NCBI GenBank assembly: GCA_963769025.1
Contig: CAVYKI010000002.1
Span: forward strand, 224,001-288,000
Length of the DNA stretch: 64,000 nucleotides
Source: an uncultured Verrucomicrobiae bacterium
Lineage (GTDB): Bacteria; Verrucomicrobiota; Verrucomicrobiia; Chthoniobacterales; Chthoniobacteraceae
Direction of reading: 5' to 3'
Shown: positions 1-8,650 of the stretch, in pieces
Position numbering within the stretch: position 1 is the stretch's first letter
Layout of the letters: the number at the start of each line of letters is the position of its first letter
The notes under the pieces: model-generated
Told to the model about the DNA's origin: nothing
What the model saw: the letters and a program-made list of their open reading frames with translations, nothing else
Database searches by the model: none
Position numbers and translations under genes: made by a program

Positions 1-47
1 ATGGCAAACATGGCGACTACGCGCAGGAGGCGGACGCGAAAACTCAT
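1..47 (-). CDS. 5' end of a divergent gene running off the window edge (MSFRVRLLRVVAMFA..., signal-peptide-like)
   Basis: ATG at 47 on the minus strand, open to the edge, basic then hydrophobic N-terminus. Only about 15 codons are visible. Confidence 0.35.
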   Translation of the reverse strand, partial: MSFRVRLLRVVAMFA

Positions 48-144
48 TGTTCGACTCTCACTTGTCTTCCCCGACATGGCAAGGTTCACTTGCTGGGAAA
101 ATGCGGCGGTTGCGAATTTCTTCATCGTCTGCGGCTTGCCGCCC

Positions 145-173
145 TTGCAATCCGGAACCCTGCGTCGTATGGT
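145..173 (+). promoter_or_regulatory. sigma70-type promoter for ubact, probably giving a leaderless mRNA
   Basis: TTGCAA (145-150), 17 bp spacer, TATGGT (168-173), then 5 nt to the ATG at 179. No SD sequence. Confidence 0.6.
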
Positions 174-178
174 CTGCC

Positions 179-355
179 ATGCCTGAGCGGACGCAACGAC
201 CAACCGGCCCGGCGCCATGGGAGCGCAAGGAGGGAGACGGCGACGGACCCAAATCGCCCGATGTGAAAAAACCCGACACGAAGAGCATCCTCGAACGGAT
301 GCGCCGCGTGGATCCGGATCAGGCGCGGCGTTACCGCCAGCGGACGGGGCAGTGA
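179..355 (+). CDS. ubact: Ubiquitin-like protein UBact (Pup analogue), 58 aa
   Basis: MPERTQRPTGPAPWERKEGDGDGPKSPDVKKPDTKSILERMRRVDPDQARRYRQRTGQ: small, disordered-looking, C-terminal R-T-G-Q, directly upstream of proteasome beta and alpha genes. Confidence 0.92.
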   Translation: MPERTQRPTGPAPWERKEGDGDGPKSPDVKKPDTKSILERMRRVDPDQARRYRQRTGQ

Positions 356-363
356 ACGAAATT

Positions 364-391
364 GTGAATGGTGAATGGTGGGTGGTGAATG
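364..391. repeat. Heptamer tandem repeat (GTGAATG)x4, imperfect
   Basis: GTGAATG GTGAATG GTGGGTG GTGAATG in the ubact-prcB spacer. Confidence 0.75.
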
Positions 392-428
392 CAAGCAGTG
401 CCGCCTGCCCATGGACCCGGCTTTTTCA

Positions 429-1235
429 ATGAACACTCCTGCCACGCTCTCCGGCAATCCGCCCACCGATTTCCCCGGCATTCTCCGGTATCACGGTCTT
501 GCGCCTCAGCCGCCGGATCACTCGCCGGTCACCGGTCATCATTCACCGGTCACGCCCACGCAGGCGACGACGATCCTCGCCTTCAAATTTGCGGACGGCG
601 TGCTCGTCGCCGGCGATCGTCGCGCGACCGCGGGCAACGTCATCATGTATGATCGCGCGGACAAGGTGCTGGAGATCGACCGCCACTCGCTCATGGCCAT
701 TGCAGGCGTCCCCGCCACGGCGTGGGAAATGGCGCGCGTGCTCGAGCACAGCTTTCACTTTTTCCGCCGCACGCAGCTCGCCGAGATGAGCCTCGAAGGC
801 AAGGTCCGCGCACTCTCGAAACTCCTGCGGGACAACCTCGGCTTCGTGTTGCAGGGTGTCGGCATCGTCGTGCCGATCTTTGCGACGTTCGACTTGGTCG
901 CCGGGATTCCGCGCGTGTATTTTTACGATCCGATGGGGGCGCAATTCGAGGCCGCCGATTTCTCGGCCACCGGCAGCGGCAGCCCGGCCGTGCGTGCGGT
1001 GCTGCATCACGAAAACACCTACGCGCGCAAACCGCTCCGCAAACTCAAGGCCTCCGAAGCCGTGCTGCTCGCCCTGCGCGCGCTCGACACCGCCGCCGAG
1101 AGCGACTCCGCGACCGGCGGAGTGGACCGGCGTGCGCGTGTGTTTCCGATCGTGAAATTGATCACCAGTTCCGGCATCGCGACGCTCCCGGAGACGCGGC
1201 TCGCGAAACTCTACAAGGCGAACCTCGCCGACTGA
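429..1235 (+). CDS. prcB: 20S proteasome beta subunit with propeptide (Ntn hydrolase)
   Basis: Propeptide followed by TTILAFKFADGVLVAGDRRAT, ADKV (Lys33 equivalent), ATGSGS and DSATGG motifs. Start could be 411 or 429. Confidence 0.92.
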   Translation: MNTPATLSGNPPTDFPGILRYHGLAPQPPDHSPVTGHHSPVTPTQATTILAFKFADGVLVAGDRRATAGNVIMYDRADKVLEIDRHSLMAIAGVPATAWEMARVLEHSFHFFRRTQLAEMSLEGKVRALSKLLRDNLGFVLQGVGIVVPIFATFDLVAGIPRVYFYDPMGAQFEAADFSATGSGSPAVRAVLHHENTYARKPLRKLKASEAVLLALRALDTAAESDSATGGVDRRARVFPIVKLITSSGIATLPETRLAKLYKANLAD

Positions 1236-1243
1236 AAGGGACC

Positions 1244-2020
1244 ATGCACGAAGAACCATTCCGCTGGGTCGAGGCCATCGCGAACCGCCGCGAATACATC
1301 GAGGATCAACTCGCGCCTGGCAGTCCGATCGTGGCGCTCGGCTACCGGGGTGGCATCCTGCTTTTCACGCTCAGCCGCGAGCGGCAGAAGATATTTGAAA
1401 TCTACGACCGTATCGCTCTCGGCGGCATCGGGCACCCCGGCGACCTCGAGCGACTGCGGCTCACGGCCATCGAACTGGCGAGCACCGAGGGCTTCGCGCG
1501 CTCGGCGGATGATGTCGCGCTGCGCCGCCTCGCGAACTACTCGCTCTCGCCTGCGCTGAAGGCCGCGTTCGAGCAAATCTATGGCCCGCCATTTCTCGCG
1601 CGGCTGCTCTTTGCCGAACTCGGCCGCGGCGATGCGGCGAACCTTTTCCTGCGCCTCGATTACGACGGATCCATCCGCACGAACGGCGGGGGATTTGGCC
1701 GCGCGTTCGAGGATTTCGGCGTCATCGCCGGGAAACAGCACGCGACCGAGCGGATGGAGGCGGCGCTTCGGGATCACAGGCATTCCGAGCACGGTCTCGC
1801 GGACGCGCTTCGCCTTGCGTCACACACGTGGGCGATCGGTCATCTTGCACTTTCCAGCGAGACCGATGCCGCGGCGCCGGATGCCGCCCACATTTCCGGG
1901 CATCTCCGCGAGCAACTCGCGCATGCGAGCGTCGAGGCTGCCGTGCTGGAAAAAGGCGCGCCGTTGCCGGCGACCTACCGCGTCCTCCACGAGAAGGAAG
2001 TGCGCGCGAGCATCACCTGA
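1244..2020 (+). CDS. prcA: 20S proteasome alpha subunit
   Basis: RREYIEDQLAPGSPIVAL...QKIFEIYDRIALGGIGHPGDLERLR...SADDV is typical of actinobacterial/UBact-type PrcA; starts 8 bp after prcB. Confidence 0.9.
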   Translation: MHEEPFRWVEAIANRREYIEDQLAPGSPIVALGYRGGILLFTLSRERQKIFEIYDRIALGGIGHPGDLERLRLTAIELASTEGFARSADDVALRRLANYSLSPALKAAFEQIYGPPFLARLLFAELGRGDAANLFLRLDYDGSIRTNGGGFGRAFEDFGVIAGKQHATERMEAALRDHRHSEHGLADALRLASHTWAIGHLALSSETDAAAPDAAHISGHLREQLAHASVEAAVLEKGAPLPATYRVLHEKEVRASIT

Positions 2021-2050
2021 CGCCCGGCGTCGCCGAGGCCACTCCCGAGC

Positions 2051-2977
2051 TTGGAACCCTCATCCCCGAGACCGCGTCCCCGAAAGCGCACCCGGCAGGC
2101 CGGCGTCGGCGATCTGCCGTTGTCCGCGAGGCGCGCGACTTCCCCGGGGAAAGTCGCGCCGTGGAGAAATGCCGCCGCCGATGCGCCGGGCGGTCGCTGG
2201 CGGAGAGGAAGGAGAGGGCGGACGTGGTTCGTTTTTCTCATCCTCGCACTTCTGCTCACCGCTGCGGGCGTGATATTGTGGCGCGGTCCCGATGGCGGGC
2301 CGTTGCAGGTTTTGTTCGGCGGAAACGGGCTGCCGACTGTGATCGTGGATGCCGGTCATGGCGGGCAAGACGGCGGGGCGGCGGGCAACGGGCTCCGCGA
2401 AAAGGACCTCACGCTCGACACCGCACTGCGTCTTGAAAAGAAGCTCCGCGCGCTCGGGTTTCCTGTCGTGCTCACGCGGCGTGACGACCGGTTTCTGGAC
2501 CTGACCGAGAGGAGCGACATCGCCAACAGGCATCCGCGCGCGCTGTTTGTCAGCATCCATTTCAATGCCATCGCCAAGGCCGTCGGTGAGGGCGTGGAGA
2601 CATATTACGCGGGGGAAAAAGTGCCCGTCGCCCAGGAAGGCTGGAGCGTCGCGGGTCTCTTTCGCCCGACGCCGGAGCCGCCGCCCGCGGACAACGGCCT
2701 CGCGTTCGCCCAACTCGTCCAGGCAGCGATGGTCGGTGCGCTCGGCGCCACCGATCGCGGCGTGAAGCCCGCCCGCTACCTCGTCATCCGCCACACGCGT
2801 TGCCCCGCCGTGCTGGTCGAGGGCGGGTTCATCAACAACCCCGCGCAGGCCCGGCAAATCATGCAGCCCGAGTATCGCGAAAAACTCGCGACCGCCATCG
2901 CCGATGCGGTCGCCGCCTACCAGCACCGGCGGACGGAGGACGCAAAGAAGCCAGTGCTCGCCCAGGCCGGACGGTAG
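2051..2977 (+). CDS. N-acetylmuramoyl-L-alanine amidase (Amidase_3), membrane anchored
   Basis: VIVDAGHGG, LREKDLTL, FVSIHFN and VLVEGGF zinc/catalytic motifs; Arg-rich N-terminus plus one TM helix. Start uncertain. Confidence 0.9.
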   Translation: MEPSSPRPRPRKRTRQAGVGDLPLSARRATSPGKVAPWRNAAADAPGGRWRRGRRGRTWFVFLILALLLTAAGVILWRGPDGGPLQVLFGGNGLPTVIVDAGHGGQDGGAAGNGLREKDLTLDTALRLEKKLRALGFPVVLTRRDDRFLDLTERSDIANRHPRALFVSIHFNAIAKAVGEGVETYYAGEKVPVAQEGWSVAGLFRPTPEPPPADNGLAFAQLVQAAMVGALGATDRGVKPARYLVIRHTRCPAVLVEGGFINNPAQARQIMQPEYREKLATAIADAVAAYQHRRTEDAKKPVLAQAGR

Positions 2978-3026
2978 CTGCCGCGGGGCTGGCGGTCGGC
3001 GCGGGCTTTTGCCATCATCGGATTTC

Positions 3027-5519
3027 ATGTCGGAGGCAACCACCACCACACCGCCCGCGGTGCCGCACCATCAGATGGTCCGGCCCATCGGGCGCGGGAG
3101 CTACGGCGAGATCTGGCTCGCGCGTTCGCTCACGGGCGCGTGGCGCGCGGTGAAAATCGTGGACCGGCAGCGTTTCGACGATCAGCGCTCGTTCGAGCGG
3201 GAGTTCGAGGGCATGGCGCGCTTTGAGCCCGTGTCGCGGGAGCACGAGGGATTCGTGGACATTCTCCATGTGGGCCGCAGCGATGACGGCGGATTTTTCT
3301 ACTACGTCATGGAACTCGCCGACGACGCTGTGTCGCGCGGCACATTCGATCCCGCCGCGTATCAGCCGAAGACGCTGAAGAGCGAACTCACGCGCGTGGA
3401 GCGTCTGCCTGCGGATGAAGTCACCACGCTCGGCCTTTCGCTCACCGCGGCGCTAGCGGCGCTGCACCGGCACGGCCTAGTGCATCGCGACATCAAGCCC
3501 GCGAACATCATCTTCGTCGGCGGTGTGCCGAAGGTCGCCGACATCGGGCTCGTCTCCGCAATCGGGCAGGAATCCTTTGTCGGCACCGAAGGCTACGTGC
3601 CGCCGGAGGGCCACGGCACGGCGCAGGCGGACATCTACAGCCTCGGAAAAGTGCTGTACGAGATCGCGATGGGGAAGGACCGGCTGCAGTTTCCCGAGGT
3701 CAATACGCGCATGAGCGAACTGCCGGACAAGGAGCAGCTCATGCGTCTGAACGACGTGCTCCTTCACGCCTGCGCGCGTGATCCCGCCGAGCGGTATGCG
3801 AGCGCCGAGGCGATGTACTTGGATTTGGAGAATGTGCGCGACGGCCGTGCGCCCGGTGGCGTGCGCCGCCGCCGACGCTGGCTGCCGATCGCCGCGCTGC
3901 TGCTCGTCGCGGCGGTCGCGTTCGGGGCGTGGAAGGCGCGATCCCCCGGGCTGCTGGCGGGGGAGGGATCGGTGCTTGTCGAGACGGAGCCGGAGGGCGC
4001 GATGGTGATTCTCGATAGCCGGATGCGGCGGAGCCCGGCGCGTTTCACCGCGATGAGCGAGGGCGAATGGAGCGCGCGCGTGATGATGCCGGGCTACGAA
4101 CCGGTGGACTTGGCGTTCCGCATCTACGCCGGTGGCGAGGCGCGGCCGGCCAAGGTTTCGCTCCGGCGCAGCACCGGAGCGGTGCGTGTCGAGTCCGAGC
4201 CGCCGGGCTGCGATTTTGAAGTTCGTGATGCGAAGGAAACGATCCGGAGCGGAAAGACGCCCGCCGAGTTTTCGGATCTGCCGACGGGAACGTACGAGGT
4301 GGTCATGCGGTACGCGGCCATCGAGAAGCGAGCTCCCGCGGAAGTGAAAAGCGGCGAGACTTTCCCGGTTTCGTTCCGATTCGGCATGGGTAAATTTCTC
4401 ATCAGCAGTTCGCCGCCGGGTGCGGAGATTTTTGCGGATGGCAAGGTCGTGGGCATTGCGCCGTGCGAGGCGGTGCTGGCGGAGGGAGAGCATCAGCTCA
4501 CCGCGCGCTATCGCGGGTGGCCCGTGCAGGAGCGCGCCGTCCGCGCCGAGGCCGGGGCGGATGCGGGAGTCGCGTTTGCGTTTCCATTTGGCAGGGCAAA
4601 AATCACGAGCGCGCCCGCGGGCGCCGCGGTGTTTGCCGAGGGAAAGGAAATCGGGCGCACGCCGCTGCTGATCGAGGAACTCGAGCCCGGCGAGCGGAAC
4701 TACGAGCTGAAACTCGCCGGCTACCGGAATGCGAAGGTTGTCGCCGTGGTGAGGGCGGGCGAGCAGGCGTTCGTCGGTGCCCGTTTCGAGCGGCGGCCCG
4801 TTCCGCGCCGGGGCGAGCCGTGGGAAAATACGCTCGGGATGCGCTTCGTCCCGGTCGGCGAGGTGCTGGTCGCCGTGTGGCCGGTGCGCGTGAGGGACTT
4901 CAAGGCGTTCTGCGACGCGACCGGGCGGACGATGTTGCCCGTGGATTTTTCGCAGGATGAAATGCACCCCGTCGTGCGCGTGAACTCGGAGGATGCGCGT
5001 GCATTCTGCCAGTGGCTCACCGAGACGGAAGTGAAGGCGGAGCGGCTCGCCGAAGGGCAGGCATACCGGCTGCCGACCGATGCGGAGTGGAGCATCGCGG
5101 CGGGAATCATCGGCGAGAGCGGCGCGACGCCGGAGGAACGCGACGGGCGCGTGCGCGACTTTGCGTGGGGAAGGGCGTGGCCGCCGCCGGCGCGCTCGGG
5201 GAATTTCGGCGACGCGTCCGGCAAAAGGCCGCCGTTCATCGTGGGCTACAACGACGGCTTTCCGCAGACCTCGCCGGTCGGGAGCTTTCCCGCGAACAAG
5301 GCCGGGCTTTTCGACATGAGTGGCAACGTGTGGCAGTGGGTGGAGGACAGCTACCACGGCGGGCCGCAGCGGAAGGACTGGGGCGTGTTGCGTGGCGGTT
5401 CGTGGGGCACCAGCAAGCAGGAGGAATTGCGCCTCGGCTACCGCGATGTGGTGGACCGCAGCGAGCGCGATGTGATTTTTGGCTTCCGCTGCGTGCTCGC
5501 GCCCGGGGCGGAGCGGTAG
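3027..5519 (+). CDS. Hanks-type Ser/Thr kinase - TM - PEGA repeats - FGE/SUMF1-like domain
   Basis: IGRGSYGEIW, AVK, HRDIKPAN, DIG, GTEGYVPPE; TM helix; repeated S-x-P-x-GA...G-x-TP PEGA units; ENTLGMRF...RLPT..EW...GLFDMSGNVWQW...RGGSW...GFRC. Confidence 0.9.
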   Translation: MSEATTTTPPAVPHHQMVRPIGRGSYGEIWLARSLTGAWRAVKIVDRQRFDDQRSFEREFEGMARFEPVSREHEGFVDILHVGRSDDGGFFYYVMELADDAVSRGTFDPAAYQPKTLKSELTRVERLPADEVTTLGLSLTAALAALHRHGLVHRDIKPANIIFVGGVPKVADIGLVSAIGQESFVGTEGYVPPEGHGTAQADIYSLGKVLYEIAMGKDRLQFPEVNTRMSELPDKEQLMRLNDVLLHACARDPAERYASAEAMYLDLENVRDGRAPGGVRRRRRWLPIAALLLVAAVAFGAWKARSPGLLAGEGSVLVETEPEGAMVILDSRMRRSPARFTAMSEGEWSARVMMPGYEPVDLAFRIYAGGEARPAKVSLRRSTGAVRVESEPPGCDFEVRDAKETIRSGKTPAEFSDLPTGTYEVVMRYAAIEKRAPAEVKSGETFPVSFRFGMGKFLISSSPPGAEIFADGKVVGIAPCEAVLAEGEHQLTARYRGWPVQERAVRAEAGADAGVAFAFPFGRAKITSAPAGAAVFAEGKEIGRTPLLIEELEPGERNYELKLAGYRNAKVVAVVRAGEQAFVGARFERRPVPRRGEPWENTLGMRFVPVGEVLVAVWPVRVRDFKAFCDATGRTMLPVDFSQDEMHPVVRVNSEDARAFCQWLTETEVKAERLAEGQAYRLPTDAEWSIAAGIIGESGATPEERDGRVRDFAWGRAWPPPARSGNFGDASGKRPPFIVGYNDGFPQTSPVGSFPANKAGLFDMSGNVWQWVEDSYHGGPQRKDWGVLRGGSWGTSKQEELRLGYRDVVDRSERDVIFGFRCVLAPGAER

Positions 5520-5526
5520 GTCCGGT

Positions 5527-7098
5527 TCACTCCTCGGCGCCGGCCTTCGGGATCGCACGGAATATCATCACTGCGAGAACCGCCGCCATCACGCCGCTCG
5601 CGACCGCCATGGCGGCGAGAATTTCCGCATCGCTGCTTCGCCTCCGGGAAATTTCCAGCAACACGACGGTGAAGGCGTTCAGCGCGGAGGCGAAGGCAAT
5701 GCCGGCGGGGAGGGCACCCCGCCGAAGCCGGAGCGAAAGGTATGCAATGAGGATCGGGAGCAGCAGCGCCTGGGTGCCGACGTACGAAAATCCCGCCAAG
5801 TCCTCGGAACTGATCGGGCCCCAGCCGGATCCGTCTGCCGCGCGATGCCGTACGAGCCACAGACCGACTTCGAAGAGCGCGATGCTCGGAATCACCACCG
5901 GAATCGAGCCGAGCAGCTTTTGCCGGATCATCCATCCGGTTGTCCGCGGGATCGTGACGAGGCTCCCGAACGTGAGGTGGCGTCGCTCTTCGCCAAAGAT
6001 CCGCGATGCGGCGAGGGCAAGTTCGAGCGCGAAGATCCCGATGGCGCAGACCATGGTCGCCTCCCCGACATCCCGCCAGAGCCGGCCCGACCCGGGATCA
6101 TACGCGTGCTCCACCCATCGCTCGAAGGAGTAGACGCCGAAGAACACCAGCCCGCAGAGGGCAAAGCGGATGTACAATCCGCGGAGACCGCCGGTGAGAA
6201 AATAGAAGTCCTTCCACGCGAGGGAACGCTTTGAGGAAGGCCGGGAGCGGACCCGCCACATGCTCCTGCTGCGTCCGCTGGTTCGTTTTCCTCGCGCGAC
6301 GATCTCCCCATCCGTCGCGCAGAACCGATCAAAGAGCAGCCACGCGAGCAAGAAGCACAGCAGGCCCGCGCCGAGGTTCAGGAACGCGTGTTTGGCGACG
6401 GGCGCGGCTGAGGGTTTCTCGAAGATCAGCAGGACTAGCGAGTAAACGGGATTGGCCTCCGTGATCCACGTGGCGATGTGCTCCCAGACGGACTGCGGAG
6501 CAAGGGCGCCTGGATTCATGCGGTGGAGCACGGTGGCGATGCCGATGATGGGCAGCACCGCGAAAATCACTCCGGCAACGCCTGCCGTCCAGAGCCCCGC
6601 GCGGATCGTCGTGCGGCACGTGACGGAACAGAGCAGCGCGAGATTGCAGAGGAAAAATGTCGTGGCTCCGAGCACGGCATAGGAGCCGAGCACCTGCGCA
6701 AGGCTGACGCCGCCGAGGGTCACCGCGAGCAAGGTGAAGGGAATCTGCACCGCGAGCAGCAGCAGCGCCCCGATGAGGCGCGTGGTGCTCTTTCCAAACA
6801 GGATGGCGAGCGGGCTGAGATTCGTCATCCGCAGCAGCGTGAGCGTCTGGTCTTCCTTTTCCTCGGTGATCGCGGAGGAAAAAATCCCGAGTGTCGCGAT
6901 GACGATCAGTCCGAGGTTCGCGAAGAGCGCCATGCCGAGGAACTCGCGACCGGGGGCCGGGCGGCGCGTGAAGTCACGTTCGTTGGCCCAGATGATGAGC
7001 AGGATGACGAGGACGAGCGTTGCGCGGAGGATGGGAGGGAGGCGGGCCCGGATGTCTTCCCTCAGGGAACGCTGGAAGAGGGCGAAGAGCGCGCGCAT
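5527..7098 (-). CDS. ABC-2-type permease-like multi-TM protein
   Basis: SAITEEKEDQTLTLLRMTNLSPLAILFGK motif repeated in the C-terminal half; many TM helices; lies in an ABC cluster. Confidence 0.8.
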   Translation of the reverse strand: MRALFALFQRSLREDIRARLPPILRATLVLVILLIIWANERDFTRRPAPGREFLGMALFANLGLIVIATLGIFSSAITEEKEDQTLTLLRMTNLSPLAILFGKSTTRLIGALLLLAVQIPFTLLAVTLGGVSLAQVLGSYAVLGATTFFLCNLALLCSVTCRTTIRAGLWTAGVAGVIFAVLPIIGIATVLHRMNPGALAPQSVWEHIATWITEANPVYSLVLLIFEKPSAAPVAKHAFLNLGAGLLCFLLAWLLFDRFCATDGEIVARGKRTSGRSRSMWRVRSRPSSKRSLAWKDFYFLTGGLRGLYIRFALCGLVFFGVYSFERWVEHAYDPGSGRLWRDVGEATMVCAIGIFALELALAASRIFGEERRHLTFGSLVTIPRTTGWMIRQKLLGSIPVVIPSIALFEVGLWLVRHRAADGSGWGPISSEDLAGFSYVGTQALLLPILIAYLSLRLRRGALPAGIAFASALNAFTVVLLEISRRRSSDAEILAAMAVASGVMAAVLAVMIFRAIPKAGAEE

Positions 7099-7105
7099 TG
7101 CCCGG

Positions 7106-8647
7106 TTAATCCGCCGCCGCCGCGACGCCGAGGCGGCCGGGGATCCTCGCTGCGATGGCGACGGTGCCGATTCCGAAAAACAGCGCCATGGTGAGCAGAT
7201 AGGCTTCCGTGTTGCCCGAGCCATAGCCCGGTTCGAACGAGAAGAGCGCCAGGTTGGCGGCGAAGGTGAGACCGAGTGCCGTCGCGACCGTGGCGCGCCG
7301 CATCCGCAGCGAGAGATACATCACGAGCACGGCAAAGAAGAGGTACTCGCTGCCGAAAAGGATGGATCGCGCGATGTCGGTGGAACTGGTGAGGCGCAGC
7401 TTCCGCCCCGCCATGATCCAGCCGATGGTGAGCATCGCCAGGGACGGGATGAACATTGGAAGGGCGCCAAGGATTTTCTCGCCGATGAGGCGCGCGGTGC
7501 TGAGCGGCAGGGTGTAGAGACCGCCCAGCGTGTGGAGCTTCCTCTCGATGCCAAACACCCGGCTGCTCACGAGGCCGAGTTCGACGGTGAAGGCCATCAG
7601 CCCGAATACCCAGAGCGTCACGCCGACAGCCTCGGCCTTGAGGGTCTGCCGGTTCACCGTGGCAAACCACCAGACGAGAAGTGCGACGATGGCGAGATAG
7701 GTGGTGGAGCGAATGATGACCCCGCGCTTTCCGCCGCCGAGGAAGTGGAAATCCTTCCACGCGACTGCGCGATGTCCGGGGCGTGATACCGCGAAGCGGC
7801 GTCGCGGTGCTGGACCGGCGGGCTTTTCCGGCCGTTTCACGGCGGCTTCCCCGCCGGAGTTGCAGCACGGGGCAAAGAGCAGCCACGCGAGCCCGAAGCA
7901 CACGCCGCCGCCGATGAGGCTGACCAGCATCGAATTCGTGGCGAATGGGAAGGTGCCCCGGGGGATGATCGTTCGGGTGAGGTCGAACAGCGGGTTGATC
8001 GCCATGCTCCACTGCGCGACGGTCGCGTACCACGCTGGCGCCGCATTTCCGCTGAAACGCGAAACCACGGAGAGCGGATACAAAAACATCGGCAGCAGGT
8101 AGAATCCGACACCGCAGAGGGTCGTCATGGACGTCGCGCGGCGCGTGCTGCGGCAGACGACCGACCACAGCAGCGCGAGGTTGCAGAGAAAAAACAGGAA
8201 TGCCGCGAGAATCCCGTAGCAGCGGAGCACCTGCGTCTGCGAGACGCCGCCGAGCGTGATGCAGAGCATGGTGAAGGGCAGTTGCACGGCGAGCAGCAGG
8301 AAGCCTTCGAAGAGGCGCGCCGTGCTTTTTCCGAGGAGGATCGAGAGGGGATTCAGGCGCGTCATCCGCAGCAGGCCCAGTGTGTCGTCCTCCTTTTCCT
8401 CGGTGATGGCCGAGGCAAACGTGCTGAGCCCGAAGACCGCGATGGCGAAGAAATTCACCATCGAGAGGATCATCAGGATGAATTGGCCGGGCGCTGCACG
8501 GTTCGTGAATTCGCGCTGGTTCATCGCGACGACAACCAGCAGCACGAGCGCGATGCCGCCGCGCGCCAGCGGGGTGAATTTCGTGCGCGACTGCTCGCGG
8601 AGCGAGCGGGCAAAAAGCGCAAACAGCGGGCGGAAGGTCGTGAACAC
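7106..8647 (-). CDS. ABC-2-type permease-like multi-TM protein (paralog of 5527-7098)
   Basis: SAITEEKEDDTLGLLRMTRLNPLSILLGK; AWKDFHFL matches AWKDFYFL in the neighbouring gene. Confidence 0.8.
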   Translation of the reverse strand: MFTTFRPLFALFARSLREQSRTKFTPLARGGIALVLLVVVAMNQREFTNRAAPGQFILMILSMVNFFAIAVFGLSTFASAITEEKEDDTLGLLRMTRLNPLSILLGKSTARLFEGFLLLAVQLPFTMLCITLGGVSQTQVLRCYGILAAFLFFLCNLALLWSVVCRSTRRATSMTTLCGVGFYLLPMFLYPLSVVSRFSGNAAPAWYATVAQWSMAINPLFDLTRTIIPRGTFPFATNSMLVSLIGGGVCFGLAWLLFAPCCNSGGEAAVKRPEKPAGPAPRRRFAVSRPGHRAVAWKDFHFLGGGKRGVIIRSTTYLAIVALLVWWFATVNRQTLKAEAVGVTLWVFGLMAFTVELGLVSSRVFGIERKLHTLGGLYTLPLSTARLIGEKILGALPMFIPSLAMLTIGWIMAGRKLRLTSSTDIARSILFGSEYLFFAVLVMYLSLRMRRATVATALGLTFAANLALFSFEPGYGSGNTEAYLLTMALFFGIGTVAIAARIPGRLGVAAAAD

Positions 8648-8650
8648 AGG

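Noticed and set aside
4830..5519. FGE-domain C-terminus as a diversity-generating retroelement target
   Set aside because: No reverse transcriptase or template repeat is visible in the window.
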